Shown one piece after another: positions 23,009 through 31,334 of a stretch of DNA of 42,400 nt. Each line of letters opens with the position of its first letter. Within the stretch, counting starts at the first letter, position 1. The stretch comes from a virus. Position numbers and translations under genes: made by a program. Where the stretch lies: positions 1 to 42,400 of the IMG/VR virus record IMGVR_UViG_3300010371_000021; one strand, 5' to 3'. The notes under the pieces were generated by a model, which was not told the DNA's origin, ran no database searches, and saw only the letters and a program-made list of their open reading frames with translations.

Positions 23009-24961
23009 ATGGCCAGCAGAGGGAACGACACTGATTTCGTAGGCCTGCCAAGCTTCATAGGTGGTGAGAGCCAGGACAGTAAGTTCGGCACGAAGTACCA
23101 GTACGACTATGGACGTCATATTGACGTCCGCAAAAAGGCGTCTGGTTTTAGCGTTTTGCCAGGTACCTCTAAAGCATCGGGGGGTGTTGTCACTGACCTT
23201 GTGCAGGATATGACGCAGATACCTAACGGAAATCGTTACGCCCTTGGCGATAGTGGAAATGTATATTTAGTAAGCACGGCTGGTGTGTGGAGTAAGATTG
23301 GTAACATTGGCCAAAACGGTGGTGCCGGTATTCTTTATCGCCCCGACAATGACTGTATCTACATTACGGGCCAGACGAAGATTGCTCGCATTAAATCTGT
23401 TAGCACAACACCGTTTTTAGACGTAAACTGGTTTCAGTACGGTATATCTACTGCAACCACCTGCTCCAAGAGTGGAGGTACAGCTACATACACACTCCCA
23501 CAGACAATAGGTGAGCAAGCTAGTGACATGCGCGCCTTTATAGCTGATATCGAGCCACTCATACGTATAGGTGTAAAACCTACAGTTGCCACCGGTAACT
23601 GGACATTGACCTTACACGATGACGCTAATAATCTTCTAGGGTCGGTAACTATTGCTGCTGCGAACCTTGTAGTGGGTCAGATAAACTATTTCACCTTTAA
23701 CACGCCAGTTCGGCTGTATATATCTGTTAATAACTTTACTTCTAGCTCAAGCGGTGGTCGAACATACCATTTTCACTTAACATCAAGCGTAACAGGTGAC
23801 AAGGTACAAACCACGACTGCTAATTCACTCGCAGATTGTGATATGGAGCTATGGGCCAATGCATTAGTGCAACCAAACAACGGCCTACACCCAATATATT
23901 CATTCGCTCAGTTCACGTTATTTGGCAATGAGAAGTACGTGGCCGCTTACGAACCATTACAGGACCAGCCCACCACATCGGACTTCCAACGTCATCGTCT
24001 AACGTTTCCGTCAGGTTACGAGACGAACGGAATTGCCCAATTAGATTTGTACGCTGCCATAACAGCTGAGCAACGCTCTACGAACACTACACAAGACTAC
24101 CAGAGTGGCAAGATGTTCCTGTGGGATGCTATTCAGACGACATATAACCGTTACTACGATATTCCTGAGGGGAGCCCAGAAGGTATATTCAGCCACAAGA
24201 ACGTCATATCGTTTATAGCTGGTGGGGCGCTCTATCAGTCTAGTGGTGGCCAGCCTATCAAAGTTAGGACGATACGCAACACAGACAGCGAATTCTCCAA
24301 CATAGCCGACTCTACCCACCTCTACCCACACATGATGACCGTACGTCGAGGTATCTTGCTTATAGGGTATCCGAGTTTCACTACTAATCAACTTCTTGAA
24401 CATGCCGTGTATGGGTATGGAACGCGGTCAAGCCAGTACCCACTCAGCTGGACCACAAGTTATACCATGTCGACGGGTAGCATTTTGAACAATGGTACGA
24501 ACAATCTGCGCTTAGGCATGGTTAAGAACAATGGTGACACCCTATACATATCATGGCGTGATGACAGTACAGGTACCGCGACATACGGCGTTGACGTGGT
24601 AAACAATAGCTCCGCACCAGCAAGCGATTTCCAAGTGCATATGCTACATTTCGACCAAGACGCGCCGTATAAGGAGAAACTGGCTAAGAAGGCGCTCGCC
24701 GTCTTCGACACCCTCCCTGACGATAAAAGTGTGTCACTACGTATGTGGTATCGTTTAAACAATGGAAGTCGCGTTTATTCTACTGATGATGGTACCCCTT
24801 ATGTTACTTCTGGCAATGTTGTACAGATAAAAATTCCCCAACAATTTATAGATATGCAAATAGGTTTGGAGGGCACTATAACAGGTACGATTAGTCCCTT
24901 CTGTCACGGTATATACTTAGCCTTCGATCCAGAGACATTACGTAACGAGGTGAGCCAGTAA
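23009..24961 (+). CDS. large tail structural protein (650 aa)
   Basis: Long ORF immediately after the preceding stop. Confidence 0.8.
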   Translation: MASRGNDTDFVGLPSFIGGESQDSKFGTKYQYDYGRHIDVRKKASGFSVLPGTSKASGGVVTDLVQDMTQIPNGNRYALGDSGNVYLVSTAGVWSKIGNIGQNGGAGILYRPDNDCIYITGQTKIARIKSVSTTPFLDVNWFQYGISTATTCSKSGGTATYTLPQTIGEQASDMRAFIADIEPLIRIGVKPTVATGNWTLTLHDDANNLLGSVTIAAANLVVGQINYFTFNTPVRLYISVNNFTSSSSGGRTYHFHLTSSVTGDKVQTTTANSLADCDMELWANALVQPNNGLHPIYSFAQFTLFGNEKYVAAYEPLQDQPTTSDFQRHRLTFPSGYETNGIAQLDLYAAITAEQRSTNTTQDYQSGKMFLWDAIQTTYNRYYDIPEGSPEGIFSHKNVISFIAGGALYQSSGGQPIKVRTIRNTDSEFSNIADSTHLYPHMMTVRRGILLIGYPSFTTNQLLEHAVYGYGTRSSQYPLSWTTSYTMSTGSILNNGTNNLRLGMVKNNGDTLYISWRDDSTGTATYGVDVVNNSSAPASDFQVHMLHFDQDAPYKEKLAKKALAVFDTLPDDKSVSLRMWYRLNNGSRVYSTDDGTPYVTSGNVVQIKIPQQFIDMQIGLEGTITGTISPFCHGIYLAFDPETLRNEVSQ

Positions 24962-25458
24962 TGGCAGAATTCTCTACACTTAAGCCTAATGAGTCTATCC
25001 CGTCTTCACCCGGTGTTGCTGCTGATGACGCTTTAGGCCTCACTAATCCTGACAGTATGCTAGCCGGTCAGCTGCGTGGTACACAGAACGTGGGTAGTGG
25101 TGGTACGCAGATAGACGCCGCAAACAACCGTATTGTGTTGGCCAACAACTCAGCGGTTACTAACGCCTCGGTTGGCGCAGGCATAGCCCTAGATGGCAAC
25201 TCAAGCACGATTACCATTACTAACTCAGATGGTGCCAAGGTCGGCATGGGTCTTATACCTGGTTCGACGACTGACTTTGGGTTCTTCGTAGTCGACTCGA
25301 ATGGAAACCTTGTTAGCAAGATCGTCGGCCCGACAATGTACGCCTACGACATCGCTAACGGTAAGGTGAACGTTATGCAGCTGCTGAAACTGCCGGATGG
25401 AAGTTACGGTTTTGCAGTAGCTAACACTGGACAAAATGTGTCCGCTGGCTTCTCATGA
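24961..25458 (+). CDS. tail-associated protein (165 aa)
   Basis: TAATG-coupled start. Confidence 0.75.
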   Translation: MAEFSTLKPNESIPSSPGVAADDALGLTNPDSMLAGQLRGTQNVGSGGTQIDAANNRIVLANNSAVTNASVGAGIALDGNSSTITITNSDGAKVGMGLIPGSTTDFGFFVVDSNGNLVSKIVGPTMYAYDIANGKVNVMQLLKLPDGSYGFAVANTGQNVSAGFS

Positions 25459-26180
25459 TAACCAACCCTGGGGCTTTACACCTCGCTGTACCTGTGAACA
25501 GGATTGACCAGATCATCGGAGTACATACCGGGGCGTTTATTATTAGCGCTCCAACCGCAGCGCCCGGTGGTTCACCAACCAATGCATCAGACAGCTTCAC
25601 CACAGGTTTTGGAGACACCTGTTTGTTCCAGGGCATATTCTCTGTGGACGGAGGAGCGAGTTGGAATGATTTTGGGTCTTATAAACCTAATCTGACAACT
25701 CCCGCTCAACCAGTACTACAGACAGTCACGTGCAGGGGATGGGTAACTCCAGCTGGAGTGTTTACCGCTTACGCTGAGAATAACTACGATCTAGTCCATG
25801 GATCTGGTGTATCGTACGTAGTCCAATACAAGGTTGCGTTTCTGGCCAAGGACGATCAGGGCGCCATTACTCCACTCCCCAGAAGCGAGATTCTCAATTA
25901 CAGTTCTTCCTTTAACTACCAGAAGATATACATAGGCAGTTCGTTTGCCAATGGTGGTGGCGCGACGACTATAGCGCATAACCTTGGTTACGTACCGAAG
26001 GTAAGGGCCTGGATAACGTCCTCTAGATCATCACCATTTCCAGCCAATAGCCTCTTGTCTTACGATTGGCCTGGTGGATCTAACTTTAACATCAAGGTTA
26101 ACAGCACTAATGCTGTCTTCGACAGCATTAGTGGGTATGGTACCGCAAATATACTATATAGGATATATTTGGATAGCTAG
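25455..26180 (+). CDS. tail-associated protein (241 aa)
   Basis: ATGA-coupled start. Confidence 0.8.
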   Translation: MITNPGALHLAVPVNRIDQIIGVHTGAFIISAPTAAPGGSPTNASDSFTTGFGDTCLFQGIFSVDGGASWNDFGSYKPNLTTPAQPVLQTVTCRGWVTPAGVFTAYAENNYDLVHGSGVSYVVQYKVAFLAKDDQGAITPLPRSEILNYSSSFNYQKIYIGSSFANGGGATTIAHNLGYVPKVRAWITSSRSSPFPANSLLSYDWPGGSNFNIKVNSTNAVFDSISGYGTANILYRIYLDS

Positions 26181-26567
26181 ATGATCATACCGAGTAAGCT
26201 TGCAGCAGCTAGTACCTTGGGAGGATTTAAAAACTATTTGTCAAGTAGTTTTTCAGTTAACGTGCCGACACAGAACGTTAATGCGGGTAACTTTATATCA
26301 TTTACGGCGTCTACAGCGCTATCTAACACTAATTCCATATCTCAAGTTCAGATACAATATAATGGTCTGTCTACTGACTACTACATTATGAACGGGTCTG
26401 TGACTACTGTCTGGTCAGCTGGTGCCCTACAAGTGCAATCCTACTACTCCTTCACCCCCACAACCCTCTCCGTCTTCACTGTCCTGGTGAACCAGAGTGG
26501 GGGGGTGTTGAATGTACCCAACATCACCATAAACTGCCGGGGATTCTTGTTCTTAGCGCCGTTCTAG
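26181..26567 (+). CDS. tail-associated protein (128 aa); its 3' part contains repeat copy 1
   Basis: ATG directly after the preceding TAG. Ends with TAGTAG, overlapping the convergent gene's stop in CTAG. Confidence 0.7.
   Translation: MIIPSKLAAASTLGGFKNYLSSSFSVNVPTQNVNAGNFISFTASTALSNTNSISQVQIQYNGLSTDYYIMNGSVTTVWSAGALQVQSYYSFTPTTLSVFTVLVNQSGGVLNVPNITINCRGFLFLAPF
26434..26510. repeat. 77-bp perfect direct repeat, copy 1
   Basis: Identical to 28019-28095 (TGCAATCCTACTACTCC...GGGGGGGTGTTG). Contains a G7 run at 26499-26505. Confidence 0.95.
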
Positions 26568-27073
26568 TAGCGAGGCTCGCTGAATAGACTGCAGCTGCCT
26601 TGATAATCAAAATAGTGGTAACCAATGGTCACACCGTCGCTACTGTGGAATGGATCAGTGTACTCTATCATGACAGGTGAAGTGAACAGCTTGTCGTAAT
26701 CGTCGTAGTTATACCCCTCGGAGCCCAACATTTTGTTCACACAAATGAACTGTGCAGCGAGTTGGTCACCTGTTATTCCGTGGGATATTGCCAGGTTTGT
26801 TACATAATCTTTTAACTTTTGCTTGTTTTGGTCGGGTGTAGGTGCGGACGGGGCAGTCTGTTGTGCCTCTACAGGCGTCACAGGAGCCGCAGGAACCGTT
26901 TCAATGGGTTTTGACGTAGTTAGTGGGGTTTCACTAGTATCGGGCGTTGTAGAGGCTGATTTTACGTCAGAAGCGACTTTTGATGTCGACTTATGCGTAT
27001 TAGTCGCAAAAACTGCGCCTGTCCCCAGTGAGAGGACTGTGAAAACGGTAATAATTAGGTAAATCCGTCTCAT
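26564..27073 (-). CDS. secreted protein with signal peptide, Pro/Thr-rich linker and Cys-containing C-terminal domain
   Basis: MRRIYLIITVFTVLSLGTGAVFA signal-like N-terminus, a P/T/S/A linker and a YTDPFH motif. Confidence 0.75.
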   Translation of the reverse strand: MRRIYLIITVFTVLSLGTGAVFATNTHKSTSKVASDVKSASTTPDTSETPLTTSKPIETVPAAPVTPVEAQQTAPSAPTPDQNKQKLKDYVTNLAISHGITGDQLAAQFICVNKMLGSEGYNYDDYDKLFTSPVMIEYTDPFHSSDGVTIGYHYFDYQGSCSLFSEPRY

Positions 27074-27106
27074 TTGTATCTATGATAGTATAAAAAATAT
27101 AGGTTG

Positions 27107-27427
27107 TCAATAGCAAGTTGTGTCTGTGAACTGGTTCTTTATCCCGTACGAATATGACGAGCAATAGCTTGGTGCCCTCTGCACCTGTGGGACAGAAGTT
27201 ACAGAAGAACAGTTCACATAGATGTGGAATGGGTCGTAAGTTGGGCAGTTCCCCGTATACGTTGTTTCTGGGCCCCTATTACTGCCCTTTAAATACCCGA
27301 GCTTGAATCCAGCATTTTCTCCAGCGCTATATGCCGATTTATAGATGTAGTATTTCGTTGTATAGAATGTTCCCGCGATCGTCGCCACCAAAACGAAAGT
27401 CGTGATTACGAAAAAGATTTTCTTCAT
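27107..27427 (-). CDS. small membrane-anchored/secreted Cys-rich protein
   Basis: Preferred start is MKKIFFVITTFVLVATIAG (ATG at 27427). Contains a PTYDPFH motif and 5 Cys. Confidence 0.7.
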   Translation of the reverse strand: MKKIFFVITTFVLVATIAGTFYTTKYYIYKSAYSAGENAGFKLGYLKGSNRGPETTYTGNCPTYDPFHIYVNCSSVTSVPQVQRAPSYCSSYSYGIKNQFTDTTCY

Positions 27428-27435
27428 TATTGTAT

Positions 27436-27444
27436 AATATACCA
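27436..27444 (-). promoter_or_regulatory. extended -10 promoter TGGTATATT, 8 nt upstream of ATG 27427 (leaderless candidate)
   Basis: The minus strand reads TGGTATATT-ATACAATA-ATG. No SD. Confidence 0.4.
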
Positions 27445-27544
27445 CTTAACAGATGACGAAGATTATTTGACAACTGCTTCTACCAACCTTTGTTTTGCTT
27501 CACCTCTGTTACGGACGTCGTAGAATCAGCATTGTGCGACATAA

Positions 27545-27778
27545 CTACTTCAAATTACGGCTTTTCATGACATTGTCGCACAGTTTTACAAAGGCGTGGC
27601 CTGGATTGTTTGACTTACGTAAACAGTAGTCCAGGAGCTCTTCTATGTCTTTTTCACTCAGTTTTTGAACTATGAGCGCTACGAAACGGTGATCTAATGT
27701 GGAATCGTGTAGTTTTCTCTGTAACCTTTCAGTCTGTACCTCGATAATCGATTGAGCTAACGCAGCTTCCTTGATCAT
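27545..27778 (-). CDS. small helical protein (possible regulator); start uncertain (27778 ATG or 27877 GTG)
   Basis: ORF 27545-27877. The C-terminal ..EELLDYCLRKSNNPGHAFVKLCDN.. resembles ..MELVNKARKSGNDPQRLFFWMLKN.. of 36492-36776. Confidence 0.5.
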   Translation of the reverse strand: MIKEAALAQSIIEVQTERLQRKLHDSTLDHRFVALIVQKLSEKDIEELLDYCLRKSNNPGHAFVKLCDNVMKSRNLK

Positions 27779-28018
27779 CGATTGTTTAGAGAGTGGGTGA
27801 TTGCTGAAGTCCACTTGCTTTCTCTTTCTACCCGTGCTAGGATGAAGACATCTCTGTAGACATCCCCAAGGTAACACTTGGGGTTTTCTTTACACTTTTT
27901 ATGCAACTGACGGATAGCACGTGTACTTAGGGCTCTCCGTGGGCTAGTCTGATTCTCTGTAGACTATACTTGCCTACATTTAATCACAAGTTAACGCACT
28001 GAACAAGTATTTTACCCC

Positions 28019-28095
28019 TGCAATCCTACTACTCCTTCACCCCCACAACCCTCTCCGTCTTCACTGTCCTGGTGAACCAGAGTGGGGGGGTGTTG
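28019..28095. repeat. 77-bp perfect direct repeat, copy 2
   Basis: Identical to 26434-26510. G7 run at 28084-28090. Confidence 0.95.
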
Positions 28096-28128
28096 GGGAT
28101 TCTGTGGATAGCTAGTATAGTATGGATT

Positions 28129-28941
28129 ATGACCCCTACAGCAAATCTTCCATCTGCTCAGGATGCCCTCACTACGCTCAACAGTTTCCAGCAACCAGAC
28201 TCTGGGAGCCTCTTGTCCGCTGCTCAGCAAAAATATGGCGTTCAGGGCTTGCAAGACCGTGTTAACACCTACAAGACACTCACCAATAACCTAACTGGTG
28301 CTATATCTGCAGTAGACCCATCTGTCACCGGCCGTACGGCCGGTAGCCTTGTTACCGAAGGTCAACGCAGCGCGTTGGTTGATCGCGAGCGAACACCACT
28401 AGTCGGTCAGTTAGGCACGGCTCAACAGGGTGAGTCCGAGGCCAACAACGACTTAGGCAAAGCCGAAACCGATGTCAATAACGAGGTATCCTCTCAGAAA
28501 CAGGATGCCCAGAATAAGTACAATCAGCTACTCCAAACCTACCAAATTGCTAACGAGCGCGAACAGAGCGCCGCCCAAGAAGCAGCGGACGCAGCGAAGC
28601 AGAAAGAGGCTATACGCGAGTTTGATGTTGGACAGGCTAATGATCTTGCCAAATCAGCCGCGGGCCGGGCAGCATCTGCTCCTAACCCAGCTGCTGGTTA
28701 CAGCGTCAAACAGCTTACTAGCGGTAACAAGGCGTATACAGGACCGAATGGGCAGACTAACTTGTATCAGTATGCGTCGGCGATCGCAGGGGGTGATCCA
28801 AACGGCACTTATAATGAGATTTTGGGCCAACTTAAGACGGGTTCACCAACTGATAAGGCAGCTTTCAACAAGGTTGCGAAGATGTCAATGCCCGACGCAA
28901 TCAATTACCTCAAAACGCATAATAGCTACATTTTTGATTAA
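28129..28941 (+). CDS. internal-virion/tail-associated protein (270 aa); GTG 28072 inside the repeat is an alternative start
   Basis: ORF 28072-28941. ATG at 28129 (MTPTANLPS...) lies just beyond the repeat. Confidence 0.7.
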   Translation: MTPTANLPSAQDALTTLNSFQQPDSGSLLSAAQQKYGVQGLQDRVNTYKTLTNNLTGAISAVDPSVTGRTAGSLVTEGQRSALVDRERTPLVGQLGTAQQGESEANNDLGKAETDVNNEVSSQKQDAQNKYNQLLQTYQIANEREQSAAQEAADAAKQKEAIREFDVGQANDLAKSAAGRAASAPNPAAGYSVKQLTSGNKAYTGPNGQTNLYQYASAIAGGDPNGTYNEILGQLKTGSPTDKAAFNKVAKMSMPDAINYLKTHNSYIFD

Positions 28942-28943
28942 CT

Positions 28944-30749
28944 ATGCCGACGTACGACCCATTCAATATCCGTGGTGGCACAACTGCCACAGCTACAAAG
29001 GGCAGTACCAGCTCGAACTTTATTGGGGGCACCCCAAAGTCTAATGTAGGCCGCACCTATGATCCATTTGGTATAAACCAAAGCACTTTGCATACACCAA
29101 CTGCTTCAGCGACTAATAATAGCAGTCCAAAAAATCAAAATAATAAACCAGCAGGCTCGAGCCTATTCAGCAAAGTAAAGAACGTCGTTAAAGGGGCGGC
29201 TAGTGACGCCAAGACAACACTTGTAGATAAGCCTCTTAACACGTTAGCAGCTGGGGCTAGTGGCGTTATTGGTCTGGGTGAGGCTGGCGTACAGGCCGCC
29301 ACGGGCAACAAGAAGGGCGCGAAGACAACGCTAACCGCCACACAGGAAGCGGCGAATCAATTCCTTGATAAGGGCGTAGGAGGTAAAGGGGGTTTTCTTA
29401 ATTCCAAACAAGCCGCCTCTAGAGGAACCGGCGGTAAGGGTTACGTAAATGACTTTGTAAAACCAACTGCTCAAGGGGCGACTGATGTTTTGCCCTATGT
29501 CTTTCCAGCTGGTAAGGCAGCAAAGGGTGCAAGTCTGCTGGTCAGAGCTGGTAAGTCTGCTGCGAGTAATGCCCTAGTAAGCGGTGGAACTACTGCCGCC
29601 AATGAAGCAATCCAGGGTAATATAACTAAGGATGGTGGTAAAGAAATCGCAAAAAGCGTTGCATTAGGTGCCGCTCTTGGTGCTGGTGGATCTTTATTAC
29701 ATGGCGCAGCTAAAGAAGGCGTAGCACGCGTAAGCACTAAAGAGGCAAGCTCAGCGCTTAACAACGCCAAGACAAACACACTGCTGAACGCCGCAGATAA
29801 GAGTACCGAACCTGCTACTGTTTATAATCCGTCTAACCCAAAGGTGAAAGAGCTTGTGGAAGCTCGTCAAAATGAAGCTCAATCCCAGGCCGCACCCGAC
29901 CAGGCTGCCGACAAACAGAGGGCAGACGCTGTGGCGACTGCTGAAAAGAACCAGGAACAAGGTAAAAAGGTAGATCGCCAGATTGAGCTCATCCAGGCAA
30001 AGGGTAAAGACAGTGAGACGGGATTAAGCAATGTTGATAAGACCAAACTGAACCACTTACAAGAGGATAAGCAACAGCTGGAAGACAATACCAAGCAGAC
30101 TCTTGCCGCGACAGTGACACCTACTGAGCAAGCCGCTAGCCCTATCGAACACGTCGCCACTCCCGTACCTGATTCTTCCATTCCGAAAGAGGCACCTGAA
30201 CCACAGCCACAACAGGATAGAGGAGTTAGTAAAGTTGCTCAGTCTGTTCAAGAAAAAGCAGTTGCACGAGGACTCAAGAATGACTTCGGCGGTCCAGGTG
30301 GATATGACAAGGTGACGATCGCCGACCAGGCGGCTAAAGCCACGAAGGTCGCCAATGACCGCCCACTACTAGATAGCATTATAAACGGTGATAAACCATT
30401 ACCCGATGGCCTTCGTGCTACTGCTCTTATTAAAGCTGTTGAAGAACACCCTGTACTTGGGAAAGATCCAGAGCTTATTAATCGCTTGTCCCAAGCCGAA
30501 CATTTAACTGGCGAATCTAGCCGGTCGGCACAAGAGTTACGATTGGCGGCTGAACGCTCACCTACAAGTCCTGTAGAGGCGGTGAGACAAGTACGACAGG
30601 CTAGAGCTGAGGCTGTTGAACGCAAGACTGGGAAGAGTGTAAGTAAAGCGACGAGCGACGAGCTTAAGGCCATCCGAGCTGCTAAAGCGACTGTTCCAAA
30701 GCCAACTAAAGAGACATTCGCGAGCTTCGTCGATTCATTGCGCTGCTAG
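28944..30749 (+). CDS. large Ala/Gly/Lys-rich internal-virion (ejection?) protein with two N-terminal TYDPF motifs
   Basis: 601 aa. MPTYDPFNIRGG... and ...GRTYDPFGINQ. Confidence 0.75.
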   Translation: MPTYDPFNIRGGTTATATKGSTSSNFIGGTPKSNVGRTYDPFGINQSTLHTPTASATNNSSPKNQNNKPAGSSLFSKVKNVVKGAASDAKTTLVDKPLNTLAAGASGVIGLGEAGVQAATGNKKGAKTTLTATQEAANQFLDKGVGGKGGFLNSKQAASRGTGGKGYVNDFVKPTAQGATDVLPYVFPAGKAAKGASLLVRAGKSAASNALVSGGTTAANEAIQGNITKDGGKEIAKSVALGAALGAGGSLLHGAAKEGVARVSTKEASSALNNAKTNTLLNAADKSTEPATVYNPSNPKVKELVEARQNEAQSQAAPDQAADKQRADAVATAEKNQEQGKKVDRQIELIQAKGKDSETGLSNVDKTKLNHLQEDKQQLEDNTKQTLAATVTPTEQAASPIEHVATPVPDSSIPKEAPEPQPQQDRGVSKVAQSVQEKAVARGLKNDFGGPGGYDKVTIADQAAKATKVANDRPLLDSIINGDKPLPDGLRATALIKAVEEHPVLGKDPELINRLSQAEHLTGESSRSAQELRLAAERSPTSPVEAVRQVRQARAEAVERKTGKSVSKATSDELKAIRAAKATVPKPTKETFASFVDSLRC

Positions 30750-30771
30750 TTTATTGATAGGCTATAGTGTA

Positions 30772-30780
30772 TGATACAAT
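30772..30780 (+). promoter_or_regulatory. extended -10 promoter TGATACAAT upstream of the HNH gene
   Basis: TGnTAnAAT motif just upstream of ATG 30782/30791. Confidence 0.35.
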
Positions 30781-30781
30781 T

Positions 30782-31330
30782 ATGGAATTCATGCCAAAGG
30801 GCGTAAAAGGTTTTCAAAAAGGGCATCCTGTCCCTGAATCTGTTAGAAGGAGAGTTTCGGAAAGTCGAAAAGGTCATAAACAGTCGCCAGAGACGATAGC
30901 CAAAAGAGTCGCTAAGCTAAAAGGCAAAACTGGCCACGTGTGGACTGATGAACAACGTAAGGCGGCAAGATTGAGGGTCTTGGGTAGTAAACAGTCCCCT
31001 GAACTTATCGCTAAGCGTTTTGCGAGCAGAAGAGGTTACAGGCATTCAGAGGAAACAAGAAGTAGAATTGCTGAATCCCAGAAAGAAGAACGGTCTGCTC
31101 AATGGAAAGGTGATAAAGTTGGTTATCATGGTTTACATAGTTGGGTTTACAGGAAACTAGGTAGAGCCGAAATCTGTAGCAACTGTGACTCTACGATAAA
31201 TGTCGAATGGTCTAACGTAAGCCACAGTTATAAAAGAGACGTTAATGATTGGCAACAACTATGTGCCAGATGTCATAGGGCTTATGATAAAGGGAGAAAT
31301 GACATAAGACTTCTTTTTGGTGTAGTCTAA
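30782..31330 (+). CDS. HNH homing endonuclease with NUMOD3-type DNA-binding repeats
   Basis: Repeated H.QSPETIAKR / KQSPELIAKR / HSEETRSRIAES units (NUMOD3-like). C-terminal ...NVEWSNVSHSY..DVNDWQQLCARCHRAYD is the HNH signature. The start could be 30767, 30782 or 30791. Confidence 0.85.
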   Translation: MEFMPKGVKGFQKGHPVPESVRRRVSESRKGHKQSPETIAKRVAKLKGKTGHVWTDEQRKAARLRVLGSKQSPELIAKRFASRRGYRHSEETRSRIAESQKEERSAQWKGDKVGYHGLHSWVYRKLGRAEICSNCDSTINVEWSNVSHSYKRDVNDWQQLCARCHRAYDKGRNDIRLLFGVV

Positions 31331-31334
31331 GATT

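Noticed and set aside
26434-28095. Diversity-generating retroelement (TR/VR pair) as the explanation for the 77-bp repeats near tail genes
   Set aside because: The repeats are 100% identical, with no adenine-specific differences, and no reverse transcriptase gene exists anywhere in the genome.
28472-29044. 190-aa alternative-frame + strand ORF overlapping 28129-28941 and 28944-30749
   Set aside because: It is embedded out of frame within two well-supported genes, has a basic low-complexity composition typical of shadow frames, and spans their junction.
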